In this document: positions 15,131 to 26,560 of the stretch, one piece after another
Numbering within the stretch: position 1 is the first letter of the stretch
Layout of the letters: each line of letters opens with the position of its first letter
Assembly: GCA_036172245.1 (NCBI GenBank)
Contig: JAYWIR010000014.1
Coordinates: 186,001-250,000, forward strand
Length of the DNA stretch: 64,000 nucleotides
DNA from: Raillietiella orientalis
Lineage: Eukaryota
Direction of reading: 5' to 3'
Position numbers and translations under genes: made by a program
The notes under the pieces: generated by a model
Seen by the model: the letters and a program-made list of their open reading frames with translations, nothing else
What the model was told of the DNA's origin: nothing
Databases searched by the model: none

Positions 15131-17675
15131 CGAAAACGCAATCATTCTAACAAAATTAAACAGGGATAACAAATAAATCATTCCCATAAAATTTAAATGA
15201 TTTAAAATTTCATGATGATACTCGAATATTGCAATCCTTCTTTCATTTGAATGCATAATGATCATAATAAGCGCAGGTCACCTCACTATATATTATTCAT
15301 ATTCATGAATATATAATTCATACATGAATCGAGATTGTAGCAAGAGATGAAAGGAGCAGTATCATTTTTTCTATGTGTGTATTTGGAAAAAACAAAGTTT
15401 ATTTTGCATAAATGTTGCAGAATTTGGAGAACCATTTGGAAAAAACAAAAACAAAAAAACAAAAACTATTTTTGTTTAGAAATAATACGAGGGAGTGGAG
15501 CAAATAAATAAGAAAATAGTGTAGTAATTTTATTCGGAATGATCACTTTTCAGTACTCTGAATCAGTTTTTGTTAGATTACGAACCAAATTTCAGTTGTA
15601 TGCTCATTTAGTTATATGGACACTTATCACTTTGGATACAGTTCACGCAATAACAGTCTCGATCACAGTGGAGAATCATTATTATTTTTCTTTAGGGATA
15701 CACTATACATCTAGGAATGAATCGTATTTTATTATCTATTTTTTGATTAAGGAGACTTGTTTATGTTGCCCTTGGGAAGTTCAATAGACGAAATTTCAAA
15801 TACGAAATAAACCACAAATTTGATTTATTCACATTCTCTGAAAATCTAATTGAGTGCTCAGTTATTTCAAGTACCGTCAATTCATCCTCCGAAGTGGAAA
15901 CAGTGAAGAAAAAGTAACTTTTGAATACTATGCTGAGTAAGCACAGTTTCGGAAGCATTGGCTATAAGATAAGACGAGGATGAATTAAGCTAAGGATTAT
16001 TTCAAAAAAATTGGATTAGGCACGGAAACCCAAAGCTATCATTATCATATATTTACTTCCACTACTCTAGAAATCCTAAATCTTTTTTTTTCTTCAATAT
16101 TACTTCGAGTTGAAATATAAGGGATGAATAGGTAGGACTTTGAAGAGCATTTTTAAGTGAGCTTTATCAGGTAAAAGCAATTGAATGTGCTGAAATTATT
16201 CGTTTACTAAAATTTGAATTGATTTGGTAGTGATAGTAACAAATCATTGGATGAGTTTTGTAAATTCTTTAGTAAACAAATTTGATATATCGCAACGGAA
16301 AAGAAATACTGAAATATTTAAAGCCAATAAAGATGCGATTCTCTGCGAACAATCGCATTTTTGGGTGAAACGAAAATTGTTAGAGAAAATCCATTCAAAT
16401 CAGGGAGATAGATGAATAAAAATAGAAATTGGAATAAATAAAATGAATTCCATAGCATTTTGCAGAGAAAATAAAAAATGAATGAATAAATAAATGAACA
16501 AAATGAACCATGTGTTAACATTTTATTTATGAAATGTCTAATCACTTCATAATGAACAAATACAAATTTAATAAACTTCAGGAAACAAGTTAAGTTGAGA
16601 AACATATATATAAATATATTGATTTACTAACTATGCACACACCATTTACGGTCTATAATCTGCCTGTAATCTGTCTCTGTCTACCTATCTATAGATAAAT
16701 AGTAAATAGACAGATAGTAATAGTATTCAACTTATTTAAAAAATAAGTAATTAATATTAATCAGTTTACCAAATAAAGTTCAATGTTCAGCGTTTGGCAG
16801 GTATTTTTCATGAGAATGCTGGCTTGTGTTAATGGCACTTAACACTATGCCACAGATGCAATCAACCCCGGAACTTTCTCATAATTGCTTTCAAAAGAAT
16901 TTGGTGCCTGTCTATCAAAGATGGCATCAGTGTTTTTTTCTATCATAAGGAAAATATGAATGATAATAATGGGTGATGAAAATACTGTTTTTTTTTTTTT
17001 TTTTTGATGTTAGCTCTGTTCTGTTTATCGACTTATTTTCTTAATATTAGTTTAGAAGTACAAACTTTGTGCATTAAATTGCATGAAATGTTGAGCAAGA
17101 ATACCTACACTAAATGAGGTGCAAATATATTTAGCGGTATTTAAGTGTTTGGCAGACTGTTTTAATATTAGTATGTAAGGTCAAAAAATAAATCATGTGG
17201 TCTAAGTTTGCGTTATAATTAGCCAACACAAATAGGATGAAATAAATAAATTATCAACAAAAAAATGCGGCAAGCTAAAGAACTCCATCGATCAACGAAA
17301 CAAATTTGATACCCCTGAATCGAGGATGAGTTTTAATTGACCTTAGATGTAGATACAAGCATTTTAAGTTACTACTTAATCTTGATTCAGGGTTTCTTGG
17401 TTTGGCAAACTATTTACTAAGAGATTGCTTGCTGGGCTATTTAAAGACTGGTATCTAATGGTTAAAAACAAAGGCTATGAGAAGAGTGATAACTAAAAAT
17501 CGGTATTTCTATCCAATTCCACAATTAGGAATTGCAATTCGTAGTAGAATCCTGTCGTTTCTGACGCCGGCACAGCAGTATAGTCACTCAGTAATCGAAC
17601 TGCAAAAACACAAATAATGCACTTCGAATACCACTGCTTTGACTAAATATTTTCAATGTGCCAAAGTCTGTATGC

Positions 17676-18271
17676 TTTTTTGACATTTTCTTACTATAGG
17701 TCTTCATATATTATTTTGAATTGTTTGTGAGGCACTTGTTGATCATAACATAAGGGATCAACAACAGTAACCTCATTGTGGAAAGCCATAAACAAATTCA
17801 AACTTAACTAAAATATCATACATTCCAGTTTCCTCTAGACTTAAAATTAGTATTTCAACTCATCATAAATAACAACTAAAAAACAGTGAATTATATTTCA
17901 TACAAATTATGACTCTCCAACATCGCAAAATGATTAATTTTCTTTTAAAAACCTTACTTATCTCACGATTATCATTAAATGTGCCAAAAGAAATGTAAAA
18001 ATACACTACATACACGCCAAAGTGCTGAAATTTAGAACTCCTGTTTTGACTGTTTCGAAGATCCAAATTAACCTAAAAGTCCACAAACTTTACATTACGT
18101 AGCCCATACACGCACCATAAGGGCAAATCTCCAAATTTAATTAATAAGTCCATTTGCGCTAGGAGCATGCGATATCTATTTGCACCTACAAATGCTTTTT
18201 TAAAATTTGATCGAGTCTTTCATGAAAATTAAATTCAACATACGCTTACAGACACGAATGTGTTCACATGC
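17676..18271. repeat. Direct duplication, copy 2, of the MEK start and upstream region
   Basis: Same sequence as 14524-15119. Breakpoints are ...GTATGC|TTTTTTGACAT and TTCACATGC|GGGG. Confidence 0.95.
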
Positions 18272-19179
18272 GGGGTTCTGCTCCTATTTGAGCATGTCGA
18301 TCGAAAATAGATTTTAGGATCTAGTCGTCAGTGAGTTCTCTCTCCTGTTATCAAAATTCTGAAAGAGACTAGAGAAAACCCCAAGTTAATAAAAATAGCG
18401 GAAGTTTATCCTCCGATTTCACATGTCATTAAGAAGATATTAAATGTTGCTAGGTATGCAACACCTTACAACCATGGGAAAGACAAATATTGTTGACTTA
18501 TTACATTACTAATTCACTGAAGAGAACCCGATAAGAAAAACAGTAACCATTCCAATTCTGCTCCTGCTAGTACCTCATTTACTGTAGGTATTCTTGTTCA
18601 ATATTTCATGCCATTTAGTAATACAACAAAGGTGTGAAAACTAGTTCTGTTTTCATATTACGGTTTAATTATATAACTTTGAGCAATTTACATCAAAATT
18701 TACGACACGTGAAACCTTGAATCTATTGTGGCGATGATGATGATGATTACAAAAACGCACTGTTTTGTAGGCCAGATTCTTAAAAATCATAAATTTTTCC
18801 ACAGCAATAATGAACAAGAGCACAAAAACAAACACTCTTTAGAGTTGATCATCTTATGAATTTGGTACAGTTGTTTCAAAATGTGTTTTGTCAGTTATTT
18901 TCCTGCTAATACTTTTGGCTCCACTTACATACCTCAGCAAAGCCTGTAAGAGAACAATTTTAAACGCAATGTTTGCTGCGATGAAATCAATGAAACCTGT
19001 TTTACAATGAGAGTGATCGACATGTTATGAAGCTTAAATGCTCTTGAAATGATCTTGTCATTATGATGTAAAATATCAACGGGAAAACAGAATCCACCTT
19101 AAAATCTAAAAAGATCTTGGAAAAATTGCTGATATAACGGTAATATTATAAACTGCAATGACAAGAAAAAATTACCGCA

Positions 19180-19510
19180 AACTGAGACCTGATGTGGTGG
19201 AAGAATAGAATAAAAGTAACCTCTTGATGACTATTTCTATTATAAAAGAAAGAATAAAAGAACTTCCAGTATAGTGGCTAATGAAGAGCTATAGATGTAC
19301 CAATGAAGAGCCACACGATCAGATGAAAGGGCTGCAAAGGTGCTGGCCATCATCATTGGACCTTGGGGAACTTGGGACCTGGCAATGAAGCAGTCCATAG
19401 TTAACTGGGTATCCTCGTGGCTACATGCGGATAAAATGAGGCAGCTTATAGTTGCTTCATGCATTCGCTACACTTGCGGCGTCTATTGGAAACATCAACT
19501 TGCACGATAA
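19180..19510 (+). mobile_element. Decayed C-terminal restriction-like endonuclease (RLE) domain of an R2/NeSL/Utopia-type non-LTR element
   Basis: KLRPDVV at ~19180-19200 matches the RPD of the PD-(D/E)xK-like core. It is followed by KVLAIIIGPWGTW...DKMRQLIVASCIRYTCGVYWKH, which resembles the family pattern PIIVGSLGSW...MxxLxVSxxIxxSRxIYxxH. Confidence 0.55.
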
Positions 19511-21300
19511 CCGGACGATACCCAAGCCTGAGACAACTCTGGAAAAGAAGCAGCTCTTGCATGGAGTGAAGACGTTGCCGAAATACAGACTACAGGACGT
19601 CCCGTTGAGCGACCTGTAGTTACGAACCTAACAAAACTTCAGTGATCAGAAAGGAAGAGTAGAAGCTGTCAATTTTGAAAATGAAGAGCTACACGATCAG
19701 ATTCCACAAATTTGTAAGGAAACAGAATTTGCTTTTAAGAGAGTTAATTCCATGGTTGTTTCGAGAAAACCATTCTTGCAGAATTCCAATTTGTTGGTGC
19801 CATTTCTTATGAGCACCAGTTTGTAAAATACATAGAGGTCAGATTCTGGCCACTTCATTTCACAAGGCACATTTGATGTCGATGCCATTTTGGCCATTTT
19901 GCCATTTTGGCCGATGTTCAGAATCAAATTTACTCTCTTCTTTTTCCCCCAATCATTACCTTCTTTTGTTCGCATTGTAATTTCCTCTCCTTTACTCCTC
20001 GATAACTTTCATCACTAGTGAGGCCAGCCTCATAGTGCGGAAGGGCACCGCGGGCACCAGGAAGCAGCATTTACCACCGGTAGGCCCTCTTCTGGAAGAG
20101 GTTCATGACCAAGTGGGCGAAGATACTCACATGGATGTAACCTTCGACTTTCGAGAGCGAAACAGGAAAAAAGAAAAGAAAAGAAAGGAATGCAAAATGG
20201 ACATTTAAAAGACGCCTCACGAGCTGGGTATCGTCGTTTTTTAGGTCCAGCTTCGACTCCCATTCTCTTTTGTCAGAAGCATCGCTTTCTCAAGATGCAG
20301 CTGCAAGTGTTGCTCCTCGTTTTGAGCATGCCTACAGACAACCTCCCGTCACCATCAGCAACCTCACGGGAGCCTCACATATTCCTCCTTTTTAGAAAGA
20401 TGGTACGCTGACCATATTCCGAAGTTACTGATCGCCGTCTGTCAAGCAAAGGAGAACAAGTGTGCCAGCTGCCTGATAGAGCGATGAGTGGAAAAAGTAG
20501 CTTTCATGTCACGCAGGTCACTTGTATGCATGGTCTTTCGGCACAGTTCCTTTAGCCAACAGATACTGAAAGCAACAGGAATAGGAAACAAATATGAAAC
20601 ACAAATAGCAGCTGAAGCAGAACATGCAATAAAATGTAAAGGGGAAGAATAAATCAGCAGAATTTAACATAGGAAAACGGCGCTGTGCAAGAACAGACAT
20701 CCAGAACTACTTCAAATTCTTCAATGGTCTCGAAATTCCGTTTTGGTGCACTTGAATGCGGTGCTCAGTCTTCGCTCCGTTTCCGAGACGTCCTTCCTCT
20801 TGAGGAATACTTTCCCTATGCAGAAAACCTTCATTTTGTCCTTAATATTTTTTTAGTGTTCAATAGGAACATTTTCGGAGATATGGAATATATTGATCTT
20901 CACACCATCTACTTTTCTGGATATCCCTCATTATCATCATGCTAAAAAATATTCTCTCTGCTTGCAATTTGTTTGCTGCATGTTAATGAATTCTCTTATG
21001 CGAAATTAGCAAGAAGGTACGATATATATATTTTATATATATACATTATGGGAACCGCAATTGATACAGTTGTAAAACTAAGCTTTCGTTTTATGGATGT
21101 TATGAGAACGTTCCCGCAGAAGCATGTGATATATTCGTTTTGATGTGATTGTGTCTTTTCATCTCGATTAGAGGAAAGCTTGTGCACTGATGTGAAGTAC
21201 GCATAGAGATGAACGATGCGTTCAACTTTATAATAATAAGTAATAAAAATACTTCCGAATCTTATAAGAGGCTTCCCATTTCATCGACTTTACAGAAGCT

Positions 21301-21683
21301 GAAGGAACGGTTCATGCATATCTTAGTCAGAATAAGGTAGATGAATACAATGAGAATTTAAGACAGAAGATAGAAAAAGAGAAGAAAGATTTATTACTTA
21401 AAGGTGGAAAATTGCCAAAGTTCCAAGTTGGAGATCACTGTAAGGTTCCTACTTCAGGCCAACCACTTCGTGAAGGAACCATCAACTTTACTGATAGTGT
21501 ACATTGTTTAAGGGATCTGGAGGTGGTTGCACAGTATGACGGACCACTGGGAAAAAGTGATGGAAGTGTTGAGGGACGAAGTTACTTCAGCTGTCCAACA
21601 AAATATGATGCATTTTGAGGTAACGTAGAGCAACAGCTAGAGATTATCCCGAGCAGCTTTTTGATGATGAAGATGAAGTCTGA
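21301..21683 (+). pseudogene. TBCB: Tubulin-folding cofactor B pseudogene fragment (coiled coil plus CAP-Gly), intronless over this span
   Basis: EGTVHAYLSQNKVDEYNE...FQVGDHCKV...LREGTINF...QYDGPLGKSDGSVEGRSYFSCPTKYDAF aligns with TBCB DTVRSFLKRSKLGRYNE...VGSRCEV...[20 protein letters not shown]. Premature TGA at 21616-21618; the acidic tail DYPEQLFDDEDEV* continues in another frame to 21683. No N-terminal Ubl domain seen. Confidence 0.85.
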
Positions 21684-21954
21684 TCGAAGATGTTCCCAAA
21701 CTGAGCTTTCACCCCATGCTTTGAGGAGAATCGGCTGAATCAAATGAGAAATCCACCTTCCATGGCTTCTCGTTTTTGGTGAGTAAACTCGTGCCCATAT
21801 GAAATGCAATTTTGAAGGTTGCGAGAAATGAAAATGTACTGCTCATCAGAGCTTAACAAAGCATCAGTAACAAGCAGCAGCAGCAGCAACAAAAACAAAA
21901 ATCTTCCTGTGGTTGTTTCCCGGAATCTTTCCAGCATCTAGTCACTCAGACGGT

Positions 21955-22213
21955 TGGCCCCTAACGAAAGTATTGGAATGGAGTATTTTCGTGTGGTTTA
22001 GCCATGGTAGGTCACTCGAGGGCTCCATATATCTTTAAAGAAATCCAATACTACCCTTCCTCACTAATGGAAGTATCTTGTTTGTCTTGATTACTTTATT
22101 GGTGAAGAAGGATGGTTTCGGATTCTCTGAAGGATACTTGGGGCTCTCGAGTGACCTACCATGCCTAAACCAAATGAAAATACTCCATTCCAACACTTTT
22201 TCCCTTAGGGACT
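21955..22213. repeat. ~260-bp foldback palindrome (MITE-like element or hairpin-RNA locus)
   Basis: 21967-22020 matches the reverse complement of 22146-22199 at 50/54 nt. Weaker pairing continues inward to a short loop near 22080-22090 and outward (CCCTAA / TTAGGG). Confidence 0.9.
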
Positions 22214-22620
22214 GTTTCTCGCCCTGTAGCTTCCCGCCCCATTTTTCACCCTTAAGAGAAGTCATAGAATGTTCCGCCGACCTGCGCGATCATGATTGAA
22301 GTCATTGAAGGAGACCCTCCCTCATCGCACGATTTCGGGACTCGAAAATAGAAGCTATCCTCTCGTTCTTGCTGGTACGGCGACTCTTGTCGGTATGCTT
22401 CCAACATTATGGGATAAAAATTAGGAACCATGAAGAAATCAAGATAAGAGCATCTCGTTTGTCTCGATTGCTTTATCTTGATTTCCTCTTCCTTGGGCAG
22501 CCCGCTGTGAATGTCCCAGGAAGAAGAGAGAAAATAAGCGCTCCCAGGAGCTACCTTTTCCTTCCTAGAAGTGAGACCGTGCAGTCCGTGGATTTTCACA
22601 CAGCCGTTCCGGGGGGAGAA

Positions 22621-23006
22621 CTTCTGTCACGTAAGAGCGAACGGTGGTCTCCAGAGTGGAAGAGGAGCGCTGCCGTCATCAAAGAGAGCCGTCGCCCTCT
22701 TGGAAGGCGCATTGCGGAGCGGCCCCAGCTGAGGAGCGAAGTGCGAAGGAGCACCTGTTTCGAAGCAACCGTCGACGGGGGCACTCCATTCCCTCCCCTC
22801 GCGTCCCTGCCCGATGTAAACCCTTTGGAATCACCACCGTGGGGCCGGTCCATTCCACCCTTACTTGTTTGTTCGTGTTTCGACCCTCTTTCCCTTCGTC
22901 TACTCACTTCCCATTTCCGTTCCCGGTGATGTTGAGCCCCTTTCGTTCCGGGTCGCCCCCCATCGAGGCCCTTTTGTCGCACAAATTTCACCCACTGATT
23001 TTTTAA
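22621..23006 (+). mobile_element. Dispersed repeat copy A (~385 bp), probably the 3' end of an L1/Tx1 element
   Basis: Closely similar to 44518-44904 in the same orientation. Encodes WKAHC (WKARC in copy B), like the L1 ORF2 C-terminal IWKAR motif, followed by a pyrimidine-rich 3'UTR-like tract. Confidence 0.75.
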
Positions 23007-23299
23007 CGACCGGTTCGGATTGCTGGGTCACTTTTTTAGAATCCCCTTTGCAACATGCAGCTGTAAAATGGGAAAGCCTTGGGAGACTCTGGGACCTCCC
23101 CAAAACGCTAATTCCTGGAAAGATAGCCAACTCTCAGATCGCTTGCCTCCCAGGTCCGCGACGGGATCGAGGAGCACACAAAAGATGAAGGAATCGGCAC
23201 CATGGGGGGAGGAAGGAAAGGAGAAGGAAATGCTCATCGGAAGTTTCAACAGTCCTTTGCAGCTTTCTGAAGATGTGTTTGAGTCCATCCTCGATTCCA

Positions 23300-24700
23300 T
23301 TTTCGGGTGCGCCATCTCGATGCTCTTCTCCCTATTGCCGTGAAGCGGGAGCGCTTCTCCTGCGCAGTCTTCCGTGCTCCGCATCGGTGGGATCCATCTC
23401 GATGCGCAGCGGATGAGACACGAAACCGCTATCCCTGGGGACGTCAGCAGCTGGTTGCGCGTGAAGAGATGGAGCAGCGAATATTTCGGGCTGCTCTTTG
23501 GGATACACGTCGACGAGAGGACTTTCCTCAGTAGCTACGGGGCCTTTACCTGTATTCCGTTGTTTTCATCGGTTTGAGTGCGCTGACGAGTCAGGGCGCT
23601 GCGCGCATCATCATAATCTCAACACATTACATGGCTGCAGCCGCATCCAAATCTCCAGGTTAGATACAGTTCGCACGAAGAAACTCGAGCGTCATTCCAT
23701 ACGAAGCCATCGAGAAGGACACGTCCATCCCTATGGATTCTCTGTATACTCATTCGAGAATTCTTTCCTTGAGAAGACTTTTTCTGGTGGGTACCGCATC
23801 CGCGTGCACGCAGTGTGATGCTCTACGGTGCGATGATCCTTTTGTTCGAGAGGCTCAAGAATGAGTTCTCATTATTTCTCTTCAGCAGTTCACCCCCTTT
23901 CTTTGTTTCTAGAGGCCACCTCCGGTTTTCCTTCTGTTCTTTCGAGGAGGAAGTGTCGCGATGGTTTCAGAGTCCCTTGAATCTAATCCTCTCTGGAAAA
24001 GCCAACGCTTCCTCAAATTCCGAGTTTATGAAAATATTGAGGCATTCTTGAGGTTCTCTTAGATGACTACGTCCGTGGATGAAGCATGGACGTAGGGTGG
24101 ACATGAGACAATCTCCGTAGCTCTTAGAAGAGCGGAAGATCACACGATGCCTTCTGCTGCTGACGCTGGATATCTTCGTTTCCATCTAAGAAAGCAAAAA
24201 TCTGAAACCGGTTGTGCTTCGGAATGTCATGCTATGCAGCTCCTCTTTTACTTACAGCTTCCCAGTTTGCAGCATCAGACACTAAGTCTTTCGTATTTGT
24301 GAAGATCCAAGGGGCATTTCTGCACGGAATGTCACTCATCTGTTAGTTTCCTTTGCTCTCACGCCTTCCTCTCCCGCTGGGTGGGGTTTCCTTCCGGCAC
24401 TAGGAGATTCCTAGGCATATGTGGGAGGTGAACAGCTCTGAGGCTGATGAAGGAAGATATATTCTGTTCCAGTATGAGTGGACTGTAAACTCGGTCGACC
24501 CCCTGTAGGAATGCCTCAGGCTCTTCGGAAGCTCTGATCCTTCTGTGGTGAGCCGCCGGTCTGTCTCAATGGTCCCAGACCTCTCTCTCATCTCTTTCCA
24601 TCTTTCCCTTTTCCCGATTCCTGGTTTCCGGAAAGTTCCACGACTCAGGGCACTATCGTTTCGTATTGCCGTCTCTACTGCCGCTGTCCAGTCTCGTAGC
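23300..24700 (-). mobile_element. Decayed L1-type ORF2 remnant (endonuclease end and RT traces)
   Basis: HSYRGSTEFTVHSYWNRIYLPSS resembles the APE endonuclease YT...SRLDRIY motif (~24445-24515). Weaker RT-like traces lie downstream (GRVLLDGF). Confidence 0.45.
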
Positions 24701-25389
24701 CTCGGGGCACCGCGTTTAGTCTCCTTTGTCCTGCATTCCAGTGGAAGTGCTCTGAATTCTGGAAAGAAAGAAAGCGAAGGGACAGCTGGAATACGAGATG
24801 CAGGATCTCTTTGGTCACCATGGGGAGGATTTTTGAAGCTATCTGCCAATCACGGAGCAGCATCTCGTTCCAGAGCCCACCGTCGAGCCTTTTTTCCTCG
24901 AGCCTGCGTTGGGGAGTATAGACCGCGTCTCGGTTCCCAAGTACTGCCCTGCCAGTCTCCGTTTATCGGCATCAGCTTCACTGCATCAAGAGAAGGTGCT
25001 ATTTCGTCACTTTCGCCGTTCTTCTGATGGTATGGGAGAGCCTTTTCCCTTTTCCGTTGCCGAACTTGTGCTCTGTCTTTCGAGTTTCCTAGAACTCGGT
25101 AGCGTCAGAGGGTAACTCTAGTCGTAGCTGTCGACTTCGGACGCCTCCAAACACGAAGACACGTGTTTACGCATTTCTTTGAGAATTTCACCAACGAGAC
25201 CTCATGAGAATGAGATCTCTTCTTCGAAGCTCACTGCTGCTATTTGGGCAGACAGTCAAGCAGAATACAAAAAGAAAAAAAAATTCACTAAGAGGAAGAA
25301 ATTCAAAATTTGATCGATTTATGCCCACTTTCTAGTGATGGCAGACGAGAACACCAGAAGAACACCAGAAGATGGAGTCTCAAAACTAA

Positions 25390-25600
25390 ACAACGTGGGC
25401 ATCCGGATCTCCTCAGCGAGTTGGAATCTCCAGCATTGAGGCACCAAAGTTACAAGTGAATTTTTTTCCTTTACTCGAAACTCAGCAGAAGTGCGGTTGC
25501 TGTAGTCGCTCTCTGGTGAGAGCGACTTGTGTCCTTCGAGCGTCGGAAGAACCTCGGTGGCATACAATGTGCTCTTCGCAATCTCGCTGCCGCTCCACCG
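25390..25600 (+). mobile_element. APE endonuclease N-terminal remnant
   Basis: GIRISSASWNLQH resembles the xRIASWNVxG start of LINE ORF2; stops follow. Confidence 0.35.
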
Positions 25601-25719
25601 ATTTCTTCTGCTCTAAGTTCACTCATTTCCCCTTTGACCGATCATCTGCCGCCGACTATTCCTCCAATTGCTAGTGATGCCACTCTATCAGAGTCCTTAC
25701 TGATGTGGGTGGTTCGCTC

Positions 25720-26560
25720 CCCCTCGCTTCTTAATTTTTTGAGAACTTTCCGGACCCTCCGGCTGAGTGTGTAATCGGTTATTCCTAGTGTAATGAGTTT
25801 GGGCTCTTTAATTGACTATTACTACGCTTTAGCCATGAATGGATCTGAATTTAATTAATCCAATAGAATGTCTCGAGCTAAATGAGGACAAACTCGCGAA
25901 AATAATCGAGAGCGATGTCAAAGATAGATGCTCACAGATCGATCCAAAGATTACCTGAGGAACGGAAAGCAACGGGAGTCATTAAGCTTCTCTAGTTGCG
26001 GTCACACATTGCTTTGGTCTCTCAGATTGCTTTGATTATACGATCCATAACGGCTGCGTGGCATGCAGCCGGGCGCTGCTGGAATCGAATGAAACTTGTG
26101 ATGCCGATGTAGAAGCATAGCAACCCGGCGCAGCGACGGTCTTGCGGTAGATTTGCACCCATCATTCGTTGGAGTTTGCACGTCATATATGTGCGCAGAA
26201 TGACTACCTATCATCTTCCATTATCTGCTGATAAGAAGAAACAAGATTTATTCACGCGCTTCGTATCCCTTCCTGTCAAACGGGCTATGATGTTTATTTA
26301 GGCATTCGATAGCCTTGACATTCACTTTTAGTCTCTGCTGGCAACGTTTTTGTCTCAGGTTGATACTCTTAGTAAGTAACAATACTATTAATACTTTCCA
26401 AGTGCGTCAGCATGCTGACTTCAGTCCCTTACTGTGTTCTCATCAATCAATAATAATTCAAGCTTTCAAGCACTCTATTCTAGTCAATCCTTTTGGAGCT
26501 TCTCCTCTAATAGATTCTCCGGGTGACAAAAGATGTTTAACTTCATCCAGCAGATTCATG
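25720..26560 (-). pseudogene. Possible decayed Toll-like receptor 3' part (LRR-CT to TIR)
   Basis: Collinear traces across frames: SPGESIRGEAPKGLTRIEC (LRR-CT-like), HIYDV (box 1-like), LLHRHHKF..IP / AVMDRIIKAI*ETK (box 2-like), IFDIALD...LI*LE, *E*P (LEWP-like, 25776-25787) and KKLRS (FWxKLR-like). Confidence 0.3.

Noticed and set aside
19697..19975. 92-aa minus-strand ORF (MASTSNVPCEMKWPESDL...)
   Set aside because: No family recognised; partly made of a short CCATTTTG tandem repeat and embedded among TE debris.
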